The notes: generated by a model not told the origin, from the sequence alone. A stretch of DNA of 64,000 nucleotides from Paracoccaceae bacterium (GCA_014879735.1 JACSRN010000132.1:81102-145101); one strand, 5' to 3'. Numbered from the stretch's first letter, positions 47,798-58,286 are shown. Numbers and translations are program-made.

Positions 47798-48649
47798 CTA
47801 GCGCTGGCATTCCGGGCAATAGAACGACGACCGGCCGGCCTGAACGATCCGCTGGATCGTGCCCGGACAGCCGGGCGTGCGACAGGGTTCGTCCTCGCGG
47901 TCGTAGACGCGAAAGCTGTGCTGGAAATAGCCAAGCTCGCCATCCGCCTGCCGGTAATCCCGCAAGCTGGATCCGCCGGCCTCGATCGCTTCGGCCAGCA
48001 CCTCGCGGATCACCGGCACCAACCCTGCCACCTGATCGGCGCCCAGCTCGCCGGCCAGCCGGCCGGGGGCAAGCCCGGCGCGGTAAAGCACCTCGCAGAC
48101 ATAGATATTGCCCAACCCCGCAACAACGTGCTGGTCAAGCAGCGCGGTCTTGACCGGGGTCCGCCGCCCTGCCAGCCGCGTGGCCAGATAGGCTCCGTCG
48201 AACGCATTGCCCAGCGGCTCCGGCCCCAGCCGGGCCAGCAGCGGATGTGCTTCGTCCTGCCCGGTCGGCATCAGATCCATCGCCCCGAACCGGCGGGCGT
48301 CGTTGAAGGTGATCCGCGCCCCGCCCTCCATGTCGAGGACCACATGGTCGTGCTTTTGCGGGGTCGGGTGGTCGTGATGGAACTGCCCGGACATTGCCCC
48401 GGAAACCAGCATCCGCCCCGACATGCCCAGATGGATGAGCAATGTCTCGCCGGTCGACAGATCGGCCAGCAGATATTTCGACCGCCGCCGCAGCGCCTGC
48501 ACCCGCGCCCCGCCCAGCCGCTCGGCCATCCCCTGGGGCAGGGGCCAGCGCAGATCCGGCCGGTTCACCTGGGCATGCAGGATCGTGCGGCCTTCCATCA
48601 CCGGCAACAGGCCACGCCGGACGGTTTCCACCTCGGGCAGTTCGGGCAT
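47798..48649 (-). CDS. mutM: Formamidopyrimidine-DNA glycosylase
   Basis: [22 protein letters not shown]-terminal zinc finger. Confidence 0.96.
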   Translation of the reverse strand: MPELPEVETVRRGLLPVMEGRTILHAQVNRPDLRWPLPQGMAERLGGARVQALRRRSKYLLADLSTGETLLIHLGMSGRMLVSGAMSGQFHHDHPTPQKHDHVVLDMEGGARITFNDARRFGAMDLMPTGQDEAHPLLARLGPEPLGNAFDGAYLATRLAGRRTPVKTALLDQHVVAGLGNIYVCEVLYRAGLAPGRLAGELGADQVAGLVPVIREVLAEAIEAGGSSLRDYRQADGELGYFQHSFRVYDREDEPCRTPGCPGTIQRIVQAGRSSFYCPECQR

Positions 48650-48990
48650 CTGGGACGTTGCGCCTCGCTTTCCACGCAAACTCCATCAGTTGCCCGCGAC
48701 GAGCAACCTGCTTTTGCGCGGGCAGGCCGCTGCCGCGGCAGAGATGGATGATTTCGGCCATGCGCCTGTGTCGTGCAGGCCGCGGGATCGCATCCACGTT
48801 TTCCCGTGATGTCGCGTCGCCCGTCGCAGCATCCGGCACCGTCTGCCCACGGCAGAATCGGCGCGCGCCCCCGAAAACAACCCGCGCCCGGCCGGCCTGT
48901 CCCGGTCGCCTGCGTCAGATTGCGGTTTCCCTTGGCAGCGCGGCAGGGCTATATCCCGGCTCGATGGCGGATTTCGGCAAAGGCGGGGCC

Positions 48991-49743
48991 ATGACCGGCA
49001 CGGATGAGAAGACCACCCATTTCGGCTTTCGCGACATACCCGAGGGCGAGAAGGCCGGCATGGTGCATGGCGTCTTTTCGCGCGTGGCCAGCAAGTATGA
49101 CATCATGAACGACCTGATGTCGGTGGGCATCCACCGGCTGTGGAAGGATGCGATGATGGACTGGCTGAACCCCCGGCCCGGCCAGCGCCTGCTGGACGTG
49201 GCCGGCGGCACCGGTGACATCGCCTTCCGGTTCCTGAAACGCGCCGCCGGAGCACAGGCCGTCGTTTGCGACATGACCGAGCCGATGCTGATCGAAGGCC
49301 GCAAGCGCGCCGAGGCCGAAAGCCTGGGCGCCAGCCTCGACTGGGTGGTGGGCGATGCGATGGCACTGCCCTTTGCGTCAAACGCCTTCGATGTCTACAC
49401 GATCAGCTTCGGCATCCGGAATGTCACCCGCATTGCCGACGCGCTGGCCGAAGCCTACCGCGTGCTGCGGCCGGGCGGGCGATTGATGGTGCTGGAATTC
49501 AGCCAGATTCCAAATGCGCCGATGCAGAGGGCCTATGACCTCTATTCCTTCAATGTCATCCCGGTGTTGGGCCAGATCGTGGCGGGCGACCGCGACAGTT
49601 ATCAATATCTTGTGGAATCGATCCGCAAATTCCCGAACCAGGAGAATTTCGCCGCGCTGATCCGGCAGGCGGGGTTCGCCAATGTGAAATACCGCAACCT
49701 GACGATGGGCATTGCGGCGCTGCACACCGGCTGGAAGATCTGA
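48991..49743 (+). CDS. ubiE: Ubiquinone/menaquinone C-methyltransferase
   Basis: [41 protein letters not shown]. Confidence 0.95.
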   Translation: MTGTDEKTTHFGFRDIPEGEKAGMVHGVFSRVASKYDIMNDLMSVGIHRLWKDAMMDWLNPRPGQRLLDVAGGTGDIAFRFLKRAAGAQAVVCDMTEPMLIEGRKRAEAESLGASLDWVVGDAMALPFASNAFDVYTISFGIRNVTRIADALAEAYRVLRPGGRLMVLEFSQIPNAPMQRAYDLYSFNVIPVLGQIVAGDRDSYQYLVESIRKFPNQENFAALIRQAGFANVKYRNLTMGIAALHTGWKI

Positions 49744-51278
49744 TGCGCGGGCCGCACAACCTTTGGCGGCTGATCCGGACCGGCGCCACCTTCGAGCGGA
49801 CCGGAGCGATGACCGTTGCGCTGGAAGCAATGGAGATCCCGCCGCGGCTTCGCTTCGTTGCCCGGCTTCTGGGCTGGCCGTTCAAATGGCTCGGATTGAA
49901 GGGCGACCCCGCGCTGCCGCCGGTGACGCGGGCGCTGACGGCCCTGGGTCCGGCCTATATCAAGTTCGGCCAGGTGCTTTCCACCCGCCCCGATATCGTC
50001 GGCAACGAGCTTTCCGAACAGTTGAAATACCTGCAGGACAAGCTGCCGCCCTTCCCGCTGGCCCAGGCGCGCGCCGCAGTTGAGGCCGAACTCGGCCTCC
50101 TGTTGCCCGAGGTCTTTTCCGATTTTTCCGAACCCGTCGCCGCCGCCTCGATCGCACAGGTCCACCGGGCCCGGCTGACCGGAACGGGCGAGGAGGTCGC
50201 GGTCAAGATCCTTCGTCCCGGCATCGAACGCGCCTTCCGCCGCGACATCGACGCCTTCTATTTTGCGGCGGGCTGGATCGAGGCGCTTGCGCCTTTCTCA
50301 CGTCGGCTGCGCCCGGTCGACGTGATTTCGCATTTCGAAGGGGTGGTGCTGGGCGAACTGGATTTGCGGCTGGAATGTGCCTCTGCCGCAGAATTTGCCG
50401 AAAACACCGCCGGCGATCCGGCCCTGTCCGTGCCGCGCCCGAACTGGGGCCTTTCGGGACGCACGGTCCTGACCATCGGCTGGGCCGAAGGCATCGGCCT
50501 GAACGAGGTGGACCGCATCGCCGCGGCCGGAATCGACCGCGTGGCGCTTGGCCGCCGCGTGCTGACCCTGTTTCTGAAGCATGCGCTGCGCGACGGCTTT
50601 TTCCATGCCGACATGCATCAGGGCAATTTGAAGGTCGCGCCCGATGGCAGCCTGGTGGTCTATGATTTCGGGATCATGGGGCGGATCGACGAATACACCC
50701 GCCGGGTCTATGCCGAAATTCTCCTGGGCTTCATCCGCAAGGATTATCGCCGGGTGGCCGAAGTGCATTTCGAGGCCGGCTATGTTCCGGCAGATCGCGA
50801 CATCGACGAGTTCGCCCGGGCGCTGCGCGCCGTGGGCGAGCCGATCTTCGGCATGGACGCCAGCCGAATCTCGATGGCGCGACTGCTATCCTATCTTTTC
50901 GACGTCACGGAACGCTTCGGAATGGAGACCCGCACCGAACTGATCCTTCTGCAACGCACCATGGTGGTGGTCGAAGGGGTTGCGCGCAGTCTGGACCCCC
51001 ACCTCAACATGTGGGAGGTGGCCCAGCCGGTGGTCGAGGATTATGTCCGCAGCAACCTCGGGCCTCGTGCCGTGATGCGCGATCTGATGCAGACCGCGCG
51101 CGTGCTGGCCCGATTCGGGCCGAAGCTGCCGGCGCTGGCCGAGGCAGCGCTGATCCAGGCCGGCAATCCCGACACCGACCGGCGTTCGGCCGAAACGCCA
51201 CGACCGACGCGCCTCTGGCTGATGCTCGGCGCCCTGGCGGTCTTTGCCGCGGGGCTGGGGATCGGCGCCGCCCTCTAG
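49743..51278 (+). CDS. ubiB: Ubiquinone biosynthesis kinase-like protein
   Basis: LGPAYIKFGQ..STRPD, AAASIAQVH, VAVK, FFHADMHQGN, DFGIMG. Confidence 0.95.
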   Translation: MRGPHNLWRLIRTGATFERTGAMTVALEAMEIPPRLRFVARLLGWPFKWLGLKGDPALPPVTRALTALGPAYIKFGQVLSTRPDIVGNELSEQLKYLQDKLPPFPLAQARAAVEAELGLLLPEVFSDFSEPVAAASIAQVHRARLTGTGEEVAVKILRPGIERAFRRDIDAFYFAAGWIEALAPFSRRLRPVDVISHFEGVVLGELDLRLECASAAEFAENTAGDPALSVPRPNWGLSGRTVLTIGWAEGIGLNEVDRIAAAGIDRVALGRRVLTLFLKHALRDGFFHADMHQGNLKVAPDGSLVVYDFGIMGRIDEYTRRVYAEILLGFIRKDYRRVAEVHFEAGYVPADRDIDEFARALRAVGEPIFGMDASRISMARLLSYLFDVTERFGMETRTELILLQRTMVVVEGVARSLDPHLNMWEVAQPVVEDYVRSNLGPRAVMRDLMQTARVLARFGPKLPALAEAALIQAGNPDTDRRSAETPRPTRLWLMLGALAVFAAGLGIGAAL

Positions 51279-51490
51279 GCTTGGCCGGCACGGCAGAACA
51301 CCTGTCGCCCCCCGTGTCGCCGGCGCCTGTCGGCCGTAGTAACCCGCCCGCGCCGGCACAATCGACGGCCTCGGCCGATCACGTTTCCGTGCCCCGCATC
51401 CTGCACTAGCGGCGGAAGCCTGCATCCTGACACCCGTGGCCAGCGGTGGCCTCGCTTTCCCTTCTTCGCCTGACGGGCCGGGCGCATCAC

Positions 51491-51523
51491 AAAGCGGCGC
51501 ATGCGGAAATCCATGCGCCGTTT
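51491..51523. terminator. Hairpin downstream of flgD
   Basis: cggcgcatg-cggaaatc-catgcgccg flanked by aaag and ttt. Confidence 0.55.
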
Positions 51524-51526
51524 CAG

Positions 51527-52207
51527 TCAGCTGCCGGTGGACGCCGGTTGCGCCAGCCGCAAGGCGGTGACGGCGTCGGCCGACACTTCGATCCCGCCCT
51601 CCAGCACGATGGCAGTGCCGCCGCTGCCGCCCCGCACCTCGACCACGCGGCCGTAATATTCCACCGGATCGGTGCGCAGCACCTCGCCGTCCCGGCTGCT
51701 TTCAAGCGAAAGACTGTAGCGCCCGGCCGGTAGCGCATTGCCCGAAGCATCCGCCCCCAGCCATTCATAGGGCGCGCTGCTGACGGGAATTGTCTCGCGG
51801 GAGACGAGTTTCCCGTCAGCATCCCTCACGATCAGCACCGCATTGTCCGCCGTGGCTGCCGGGTTGGGCGCAAGCCTCACGCTCCCCGATCCATCGAACT
51901 GCACATCGGCGGCAACCCGCGCCTCCTGCCCCACCCATCCGGCAAGTTGCGCCATGTTCATCACGCCAAAATTGCCCTGCATTGCCTGCAGAAGCTGATT
52001 GGTCAGAACCTGCTGCTCCACCCCCGAGAAGGTGGCCAGTTGCACGGCATAATCGGCCGAATCGATGGGATTCATCGGGTCCTGGTTCTGCATCTGCACG
52101 GTCAGCATGGTCAGAAACGTCTGAAAGTCGGAACTGATCATTCCGCCGGCACCGCTGCGCTGCGCAGTTGTGGCGGTTGTGGTCAGGGTCGTCGGGGCAA
52201 CATCCAT
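51527..52207 (-). CDS. flgD: Flagellar hook capping protein
   Basis: FLTMLTVQMQNQDPMNP...QLATFSGVEQ. Confidence 0.93.
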   Translation of the reverse strand: MDVAPTTLTTTATTAQRSGAGGMISSDFQTFLTMLTVQMQNQDPMNPIDSADYAVQLATFSGVEQQVLTNQLLQAMQGNFGVMNMAQLAGWVGQEARVAADVQFDGSGSVRLAPNPAATADNAVLIVRDADGKLVSRETIPVSSAPYEWLGADASGNALPAGRYSLSLESSRDGEVLRTDPVEYYGRVVEVRGGSGGTAIVLEGGIEVSADAVTALRLAQPASTGS

Positions 52208-52216
52208 GTGGGCACC

Positions 52217-54217
52217 TCAGATGCGAAGAAAGAGCGATGCGCCCGGCAGCGACCGCATCGTGACGGCAGAGACGGCGGGCGCCGCCTCATCCGCAACGGC
52301 AATGAAAACGGGTCGATCACCGCGCGGCCCCTGTTCCGACCATTGGCCAAAGGACAGGTCGACCTGCAGGAAACCGATCGCCCGCATCTCCGCAGCCAGT
52401 TGCGCCGCACTGCGGCGCAGAAGATCCAGCGTCTCGGGGCGTTCGGCAGAGACGGTCAGCACGACCTGATCGTGATCGGTCGAAAGGTCGATCCGCACCG
52501 GACCCAGTTCCTCGGGCACAAGCGTAAGTTCGGTTGCGCCGTCGGCTGCCCGCAGTACGGCATCCGCCACCTGCTGCACCGGCTGCGCGCGCGGCAGGGA
52601 ATCCCCTGATGCAACAGAGACGGGATCCATCCGCGCGGGGGCATGCGGCGGGGCTTGCAGCATGACGGACTCGGGCTCCGCATCGGAAACGGCCGCGGAA
52701 TCCGTTATTTCAAAGACCAGCACCGGATCTTTCGCGACGATAGTCGGGGGCATTTCGGTCCGTGCGCCCACCAATATCTCACCGGAGGGACGGCCCTCAG
52801 TCCGGGCATCGGCCTTGGCCGAGGCCACAACCGTGGCGGTGGGTAGGCCCGATACGGCAGCCGGCACGACGATCACCGCCGCCGCAACCGCGACGGAAAC
52901 CGGCATGCCTGACGCACCGGTGGCGCCGGCTGTGGCATCTTCGGGCAAGATCGATCCGCGGAGCGATGTTTCCGCTCGCGAAACCGAAATCGGATCCTCC
53001 GCGGCCACGGAATCTCCCGCAGCGGCAGGGGAAGCGCCGCGGTCCTCGCCATCCCCGGTTGCCGGCAACCGCTCCGGCGCCTGCCAGTCGGTCTCGCGCA
53101 GCGCAACCTGCGCGGTGGGTTGCGGCGTTGTCCCCGGCAGTTCGGCCAATCGGCCCCCGCCGAAACCACCCGGCAGCCGATCCACGGGCCGGGTGGCAGG
53201 AACCACGACCTCATCTGTGATGCGGGTGGGCGATGCCTGCGGCAGAACCAATCCGCGAATCCATGTTTCCGCACCCGATACCGGAATCGGCGCCGGATCT
53301 TCTACAGGCGTGGGACCCTCCGCCGCTGCGGCGTGAACGGCGCGCCCCTCGTCCGGCCCGGCCGCCGGCATTCGCACCGCCGCCAACCGGTCGGTCTCCG
53401 GCGCCGAAACCCGGGCAGCAAGCGGCGCCTCTGCTGCCGGCGATGGTTCGGCTAAGGGGATCGCGTCGACGCCACCCCTGCCCGGCGGCCGGTCCGTGGG
53501 CAGAGCGGCGGGAAATGCCGCCCGCTCCATCACGCGCAGGGCCGGCCCCTCAGGCAGGGCCGATCTGCGGATCCCGGTTTCGCCAGCCAAAGCCGGAGTC
53601 GGGATCGGACCTTCCACTGAAATGGTATCTCCCGCGCCCGCGGCGTGAGCGATGCTCCCGTCGACCTCCGGCCCCCACTCCGGTGCACGCCGGTCAGGCT
53701 GCGGCGGCGAAGCCAGGGCGACGGGCGGCGATCCTTCCGCTTGCGATTCGGCCAGAGCGATCCCGTCGGATCCAGCCATTGGCCGCTCCACGGATGGGAC
53801 GGGAGAAACCATCGCCGCCTCCAGGATGGGCTTCGGCAGCCCTTGGGGCAGAGTCAATCCGCGGATCCATGCCTCCGTACCCGAAACCGGCGTTTGAACT
53901 GGCACTTCCGTAGGAGCAGGGTCTTTCGCAGCGGTGGCCTGCGCCGCCGTCCCCTCGTCATCCTCGATCGCCGGCAGCCGCTCCGCTGTCCTCCGGTCGG
54001 TCTCCGGCGTCGCGATCGATACGCCGGGAAGCCGCCTTGGCGGCGGCGGTTCGGTCAGGCGGATTCCGTCAAGGCTGGCCATCCCCATCGGCCGATCCAC
54101 GGTCAAGGCCAGGGAAAATGCCCCTTCCTCTGCGACGCATAGCGGCGTGGCAGACATGGCCGCCCCCTCGGGAGGGGGCAAGCTGACGGGCGCAAGCAGG
54201 ATCGGAAGAACGGGCAT
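52217..54217 (-). CDS. fliK: Flagellar hook-length control protein
   Basis: Pro/Ala-rich N-terminus and C-terminal L.PEELGPVRI...AERPETLDLLRR domain; precedes flgD. Start uncertain. Confidence 0.82.
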   Translation of the reverse strand: MPVLPILLAPVSLPPPEGAAMSATPLCVAEEGAFSLALTVDRPMGMASLDGIRLTEPPPPRRLPGVSIATPETDRRTAERLPAIEDDEGTAAQATAAKDPAPTEVPVQTPVSGTEAWIRGLTLPQGLPKPILEAAMVSPVPSVERPMAGSDGIALAESQAEGSPPVALASPPQPDRRAPEWGPEVDGSIAHAAGAGDTISVEGPIPTPALAGETGIRRSALPEGPALRVMERAAFPAALPTDRPPGRGGVDAIPLAEPSPAAEAPLAARVSAPETDRLAAVRMPAAGPDEGRAVHAAAAEGPTPVEDPAPIPVSGAETWIRGLVLPQASPTRITDEVVVPATRPVDRLPGGFGGGRLAELPGTTPQPTAQVALRETDWQAPERLPATGDGEDRGASPAAAGDSVAAEDPISVSRAETSLRGSILPEDATAGATGASGMPVSVAVAAAVIVVPAAVSGLPTATVVASAKADARTEGRPSGEILVGARTEMPPTIVAKDPVLVFEITDSAAVSDAEPESVMLQAPPHAPARMDPVSVASGDSLPRAQPVQQVADAVLRAADGATELTLVPEELGPVRIDLSTDHDQVVLTVSAERPETLDLLRRSAAQLAAEMRAIGFLQVDLSFGQWSEQGPRGDRPVFIAVADEAAPAVSAVTMRSLPGASLFLRI

Positions 54218-54325
54218 GGGAGGAGACTTCTGTCAGAACACCCCTGCCTACCCCGGTTTCAGTTACCACTTTCTTTACTGCACTGGAGGAAGATGCAGAA
54301 AAATCTTCCTGCAGAAGGCTTCACC

Positions 54326-54607
54326 ATGTCCATCACCACCCCCGCGATGCCCGTCACCGGTAACCTCGTGTCACCGCGTGCCGAAAACCCGCTGATGACA
54401 ACCGCCAAGGAACTGGAAACTGCCTTTCTGGCCGAAATGCTGGGTCATGCCGGGCTGGATCAGGCCAGCGAATCCTTCGGCGGCGGGATCGGCGAAGAAC
54501 AGTTCGGATCCTTCCTGCGAACCGAACAGGCCCGGCTGATGGTTGAACGGGGCGGGATCGGCCTGGCCGAATCGCTGTTTCGGGCGATGGGGGGGCAGGA
54601 TGACTGA
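54326..54607 (+). CDS. flgJ: Single-domain rod-binding FlgJ-like protein
   Basis: AKELETAFLAEML..AGL, FGGGIGEEQFGSFL, GGIGLAE. Confidence 0.75.
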   Translation: MSITTPAMPVTGNLVSPRAENPLMTTAKELETAFLAEMLGHAGLDQASESFGGGIGEEQFGSFLRTEQARLMVERGGIGLAESLFRAMGGQDD

Positions 54608-54914
54608 ACTCGAAGACCTGCTCGCGGCCACGCGCGCCGCGCTCCTCTCGGGCGATCTTGAGGCGCTGGTTGCCCTGAGCGAGACGCTTGAGGCCGTGCT
54701 GGCCGGCAAACCCCTGGCACCGGCAGAACTGGTGCGGCTTCGTGCGCGCGCTGCCGAAAATGCAAGATTGATCGCCGCCGCGGCGCGCGGGGTGCGGGCC
54801 GCAAGCAGGCGCATGGCAGAAGTGACGGCGGCGCAGGGCCTTGTGACCTACGATGCAGCCGGTCGGCGCGACATCGTGCCGGCGCTGCCGGCACTGCCGA
54901 TGCGACGCGCCTAG
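54600..54914 (+). CDS. FlgN-like flagellar export chaperone
   Basis: Helical ORF ending in ..TYDAAG; lies between flgJ and flagellin. Confidence 0.6.
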   Translation: MTELEDLLAATRAALLSGDLEALVALSETLEAVLAGKPLAPAELVRLRARAAENARLIAAAARGVRAASRRMAEVTAAQGLVTYDAAGRRDIVPALPALPMRRA

Positions 54915-55123
54915 AATATGGCTCAAATACCCGGAAGTTCGGCCAAAATCACGGATCGGAATTCACCGTTTGGTAAGGCACTGCCACAAGGATGACCCTG
55001 CATCCCCGATGGGATGGCGCTGCGGGCGCGTCGCCCAGGCAATGGCAAGAACGCCGAAACGGTCGCCCAAGGGGCGGCGCTTTTTCCCGCCCAAAGTGGT
55101 GGGCTGCACAAAGGAAGTTCTTC

Positions 55124-56650
55124 ATGTCGTCCCTACTGACGAATACCAGTGCCATGGTCGCCCTGCAGACCATGAAATCCATCAACACCAACCTCAACAG
55201 CATCCAGAAGGAAATCTCGACCGGCAAGTCGGTGGCCACGGCCAGGGACAATGCCGCGGTCTGGTCCATCTCCAAGGTGATGGAAGCGGATGTGAAGGGC
55301 TTCAAGGCGATTTCGGACAGCCTCTCGCTCGGCTCATCCACGCTGACCGTGGCCCGCGAGGCCTCCGAAAAGGTGACGGATCTGCTGACACAGATGCGGG
55401 GCAAGATCGTCGCCGCGCAAGAGCAGAACGTCGACCGCGAAAAACTGCAGACCGACATCGTCGCCCTGCGCGACCAGGTCGCCTCGGTCGTCGGTGCGGC
55501 GCAGTTCAGCGGCCTGAACATGATCTCGGGCACCGAGGACGTTTCGTTCCTGTCGTCGCTCGACCGTTCGCCCTCGGGCGTCACCGCCTCGAAGATCACC
55601 GTCGCACGCCAGGATATGGGCACCGGCGCCGGCGTCTACGGCACTGGCGCCTCGCTTGCGCCGAACGCCGTGGCCAGCGCTGCCACCGCCACCTCGACGG
55701 GAAACACGGCCGACGTCACCTTCGCTGGCACCTGGGCCGCGAACGACACTGCACAATTGACAATCGGCGGGGTCGTGGTGAACCACACTGCGGCCGGCGC
55801 CTCCGTGACCGACATCGCAACCGCCTTTGCCGGTGCCATCAATGCCCTGGGTCTGGACGGGGTTTCGGCCTCCAACGCCGCGGGCGTGCTGACGATCACC
55901 TCCACCCGCGGGTTCGAGGGGCTGGCCATCACGCAGAGTTCGGTCTCTGCTGGCGGCGGCACCTCGGATATCACTGCGGTCAACGGCGCGGCACCCGCCA
56001 GCCCGAACACCGCGAGCGCCTCGACCATCGATCAGCGGGCCGAGACGATCGGCTTCTCCACCTCGGCGCAGGTAACGGCGGGCGATGGCTATCGCGTCAC
56101 CCTGGGCACTTCGTCCTACACCTATATCGCCGGCAAGGGCGAATCGATGGAGGATGTGGCGCGCGGCCTCAAGATCGCCATCGATTCGGGATCCCCCGAA
56201 GGCGTGAAGACAAGAGTTACGCAAAACGAAACCACCGGCGCCTGGGTTCTGAACGTCGACAACGACGGCACGGGCAACGCCTCGCTGGCACTTTCCGTCA
56301 CCGGCAATGCCGATGGGGAAGCGTCGGGTGGCCTGTTCGGCCTCGACTCGATCGACGTCACGACCAACGCCGGCGCCGAAACGGCGCTGTCGAACATCGA
56401 AACGATGATCAGCCGTTCGATCGATGCCGCAGCCGCCTTCGGTTCGGCACAGGGCCGGATCGATACGCAAAGCGATTTCATCGGTGCACTGACCGATGCG
56501 TTGACGGCCGGAATCGGCACGCTGGTCGATGCAGATATGGAAGAGGCCTCGGCCCGGCTGCAGGCGCTGCAGGTCCAGCAACAACTCGGCGTGCAGGCGC
56601 TTTCGATTGCCAATCAGGCGCCGCAGAACCTGTTGTCGCTGTTCCGGTGA
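55124..56650 (+). CDS. fliC: Flagellin (508 aa)
   Basis: MSSLLTNTSAMVALQT..ISTG..V and LVDADMEEASARLQALQVQQQL..QALSIAN terminal domains. Confidence 0.95.
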   Translation: MSSLLTNTSAMVALQTMKSINTNLNSIQKEISTGKSVATARDNAAVWSISKVMEADVKGFKAISDSLSLGSSTLTVAREASEKVTDLLTQMRGKIVAAQEQNVDREKLQTDIVALRDQVASVVGAAQFSGLNMISGTEDVSFLSSLDRSPSGVTASKITVARQDMGTGAGVYGTGASLAPNAVASAATATSTGNTADVTFAGTWAANDTAQLTIGGVVVNHTAAGASVTDIATAFAGAINALGLDGVSASNAAGVLTITSTRGFEGLAITQSSVSAGGGTSDITAVNGAAPASPNTASASTIDQRAETIGFSTSAQVTAGDGYRVTLGTSSYTYIAGKGESMEDVARGLKIAIDSGSPEGVKTRVTQNETTGAWVLNVDNDGTGNASLALSVTGNADGEASGGLFGLDSIDVTTNAGAETALSNIETMISRSIDAAAAFGSAQGRIDTQSDFIGALTDALTAGIGTLVDADMEEASARLQALQVQQQLGVQALSIANQAPQNLLSLFR

Positions 56651-56659
56651 CGCGACCAG

Positions 56660-56690
56660 GGGCCAGGGCCCGCGCGGCCCTGGCCCTTTC
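56660..56690 (+). terminator. Terminator after flagellin
   Basis: gggccagggcc-cgcgc-ggccctggccc-ttt (11-bp stem). Confidence 0.7.
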
Positions 56691-56725
56691 GTCCCTGATC
56701 GCAACCCTTGCCGGAAAGCCACCCC

Positions 56726-57097
56726 ATGACCCCCTACGCCAATACCGCCTATGCGCAACCGATTGCACCGACCCGCACCCTTCGGGCCGCGGAATACGAC
56801 GTGATCGCCCGCGTCACCCAGCGCCTAGTTGCCGCCGATGCCGATCGCATCCCGAACAAGGCCGCCTTTCTCGAGGCGCTGCATCTGAACGAACGCCTCT
56901 GGTCGACATTGGCCGCCGATGTGGCCGACCAGGGAAACGGCCTGCCCCAGGCGCTTCGTGCGCGGCTGGTCTACCTCTACCGTTTCACGGTCGAGCACAG
57001 CCGAAAGATCCGCGAAGGCTCAGCTTCCGCCGGGGTGCTGGTCGATATCAACACCGCCATCCTGCGCGGTCTGCGCGGCGAGGGGCACACGCCATGA
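56726..57097 (+). CDS. flaF: Flagellar biosynthesis regulator FlaF
   Basis: RAAEY, EALHLNERLWS.LAADV...N.LP..LRA.L..L, LVDIN..ILRGL. Confidence 0.9.
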   Translation: MTPYANTAYAQPIAPTRTLRAAEYDVIARVTQRLVAADADRIPNKAAFLEALHLNERLWSTLAADVADQGNGLPQALRARLVYLYRFTVEHSRKIREGSASAGVLVDINTAILRGLRGEGHTP

Positions 57098-57498
57098 CCG
57101 GGCTTGTCCTGAAACTCGGCCCACACGAGCGCGTGCTGATCAATGGTGCCGTGATCGAGAACGGCGACCGCCGCTCCCGGCTGGCGATCATGACGCCGGG
57201 TGCCAATATCCTGCGATTGCGCGACGCGATCCATCCAGAGGAAGCAAACACGCCTGTTCGCCGAGTTTGCTACATCGCCCAACTGATCCTGTCGGGCGAC
57301 GCCGATGCCAGCGAGATGCGGATGCAGCTTCTCCGCGGGATCGAGCAATTGTCGCAGGTGCTGACAGACCCCGACAGCCGCCGTCTGCTGACCGAGGCGA
57401 GTTCCGCCTTCCTGGCAGAACAGCATTATCAGGCACTCAAGGCCCTGCGCGGCCTATTGCCCCGGGAAGAGCGCCTGCTCGCTGCGGGGCGAGCATGA
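57094..57498 (+). CDS. flbT: Flagellar biosynthesis repressor FlbT
   Basis: MTGLVLKLGPHERVLINGAVIENG, TPVRRVCY, YQALK.LR.L..RE. Confidence 0.92.
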   Translation: MTGLVLKLGPHERVLINGAVIENGDRRSRLAIMTPGANILRLRDAIHPEEANTPVRRVCYIAQLILSGDADASEMRMQLLRGIEQLSQVLTDPDSRRLLTEASSAFLAEQHYQALKALRGLLPREERLLAAGRA

Positions 57499-58283
57499 GC
57501 TTTCAGCCGGTATTGCCGTTGACCGGCTATGCCGGCTGGGCCTTTCTCAAGCGGACGCTTGCAGAACAACAGACCCATTTCACTGCTACTGCCGCGATGA
57601 AGCGCGATGCCGACTATTTCGCCAGCAAGATCGGCACGGTCGACACGGCCGAAGATCTGGTCTCCGACCGGCGCTTGCTCAAGGTTGCGCTGGGGGCTTA
57701 CGGCCTGGACGCCGATATCGACAACCGGGCCTTCATCCGCAAGGTTCTGTCGGACGGGACGCTCGACCGATCCGATCTTGCCAACCGGCTTTCGGACAAG
57801 GCCTATTACACGATGGCCGCGGATTTCGGCTTCGATCTCGGCACGCCCTCGACCAAGCTTTCCGATTTCGCCGACCGCACACTCGACCTGTACGGTCAGC
57901 GCCAGTTCGAGGCCGCGGTGGGCGAGCAGAATAACAGCTACCGCCTTGCCCTGAATGCCGAGCGCATGTTGAGCGACCTTGCGGGCAAACCCTCGACTGA
58001 AAACACCAAGTGGTTCACCATCATGGGAAACGAGCCGCTGCGTGCCGTGTTCCAGACCGCACTCGGGCTGCTGCCCAGCACGGCAAAACTGGATGTCGAC
58101 CAGCAGTTGAGCCTGTTCAAGGCGCGGGCGACGGCCGTCTTCGGCGACGCCACGATCAGCCAGTTCGCGGATCGCGAGAAGACCGACGCGCTGGTGCGCA
58201 GATTCATCTTGCGCGACGAAATCGCCAATATCGCGCCGCCGCAAAGCGCGGCCTCGATTGCGCTGCAGATTCTCCGCCGCTGA
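57495..58283 (+). CDS. DUF1217 family flagellar-cluster protein
   Basis: GYAGWAFLKRT, D.RLL.VAL.A.GL, FE..VG, LR..FQTALGL...D.DQQ. Confidence 0.8.
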   Translation: MSFQPVLPLTGYAGWAFLKRTLAEQQTHFTATAAMKRDADYFASKIGTVDTAEDLVSDRRLLKVALGAYGLDADIDNRAFIRKVLSDGTLDRSDLANRLSDKAYYTMAADFGFDLGTPSTKLSDFADRTLDLYGQRQFEAAVGEQNNSYRLALNAERMLSDLAGKPSTENTKWFTIMGNEPLRAVFQTALGLLPSTAKLDVDQQLSLFKARATAVFGDATISQFADREKTDALVRRFILRDEIANIAPPQSAASIALQILRR

Positions 58284-58286
58284 CCC

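Noticed and set aside
48650-48990. Hidden gene or RNA in the mutM-ubiE divergent spacer
   Set aside because: No credible ORF with an RBS and no recognisable RNA motif; probably promoters only.
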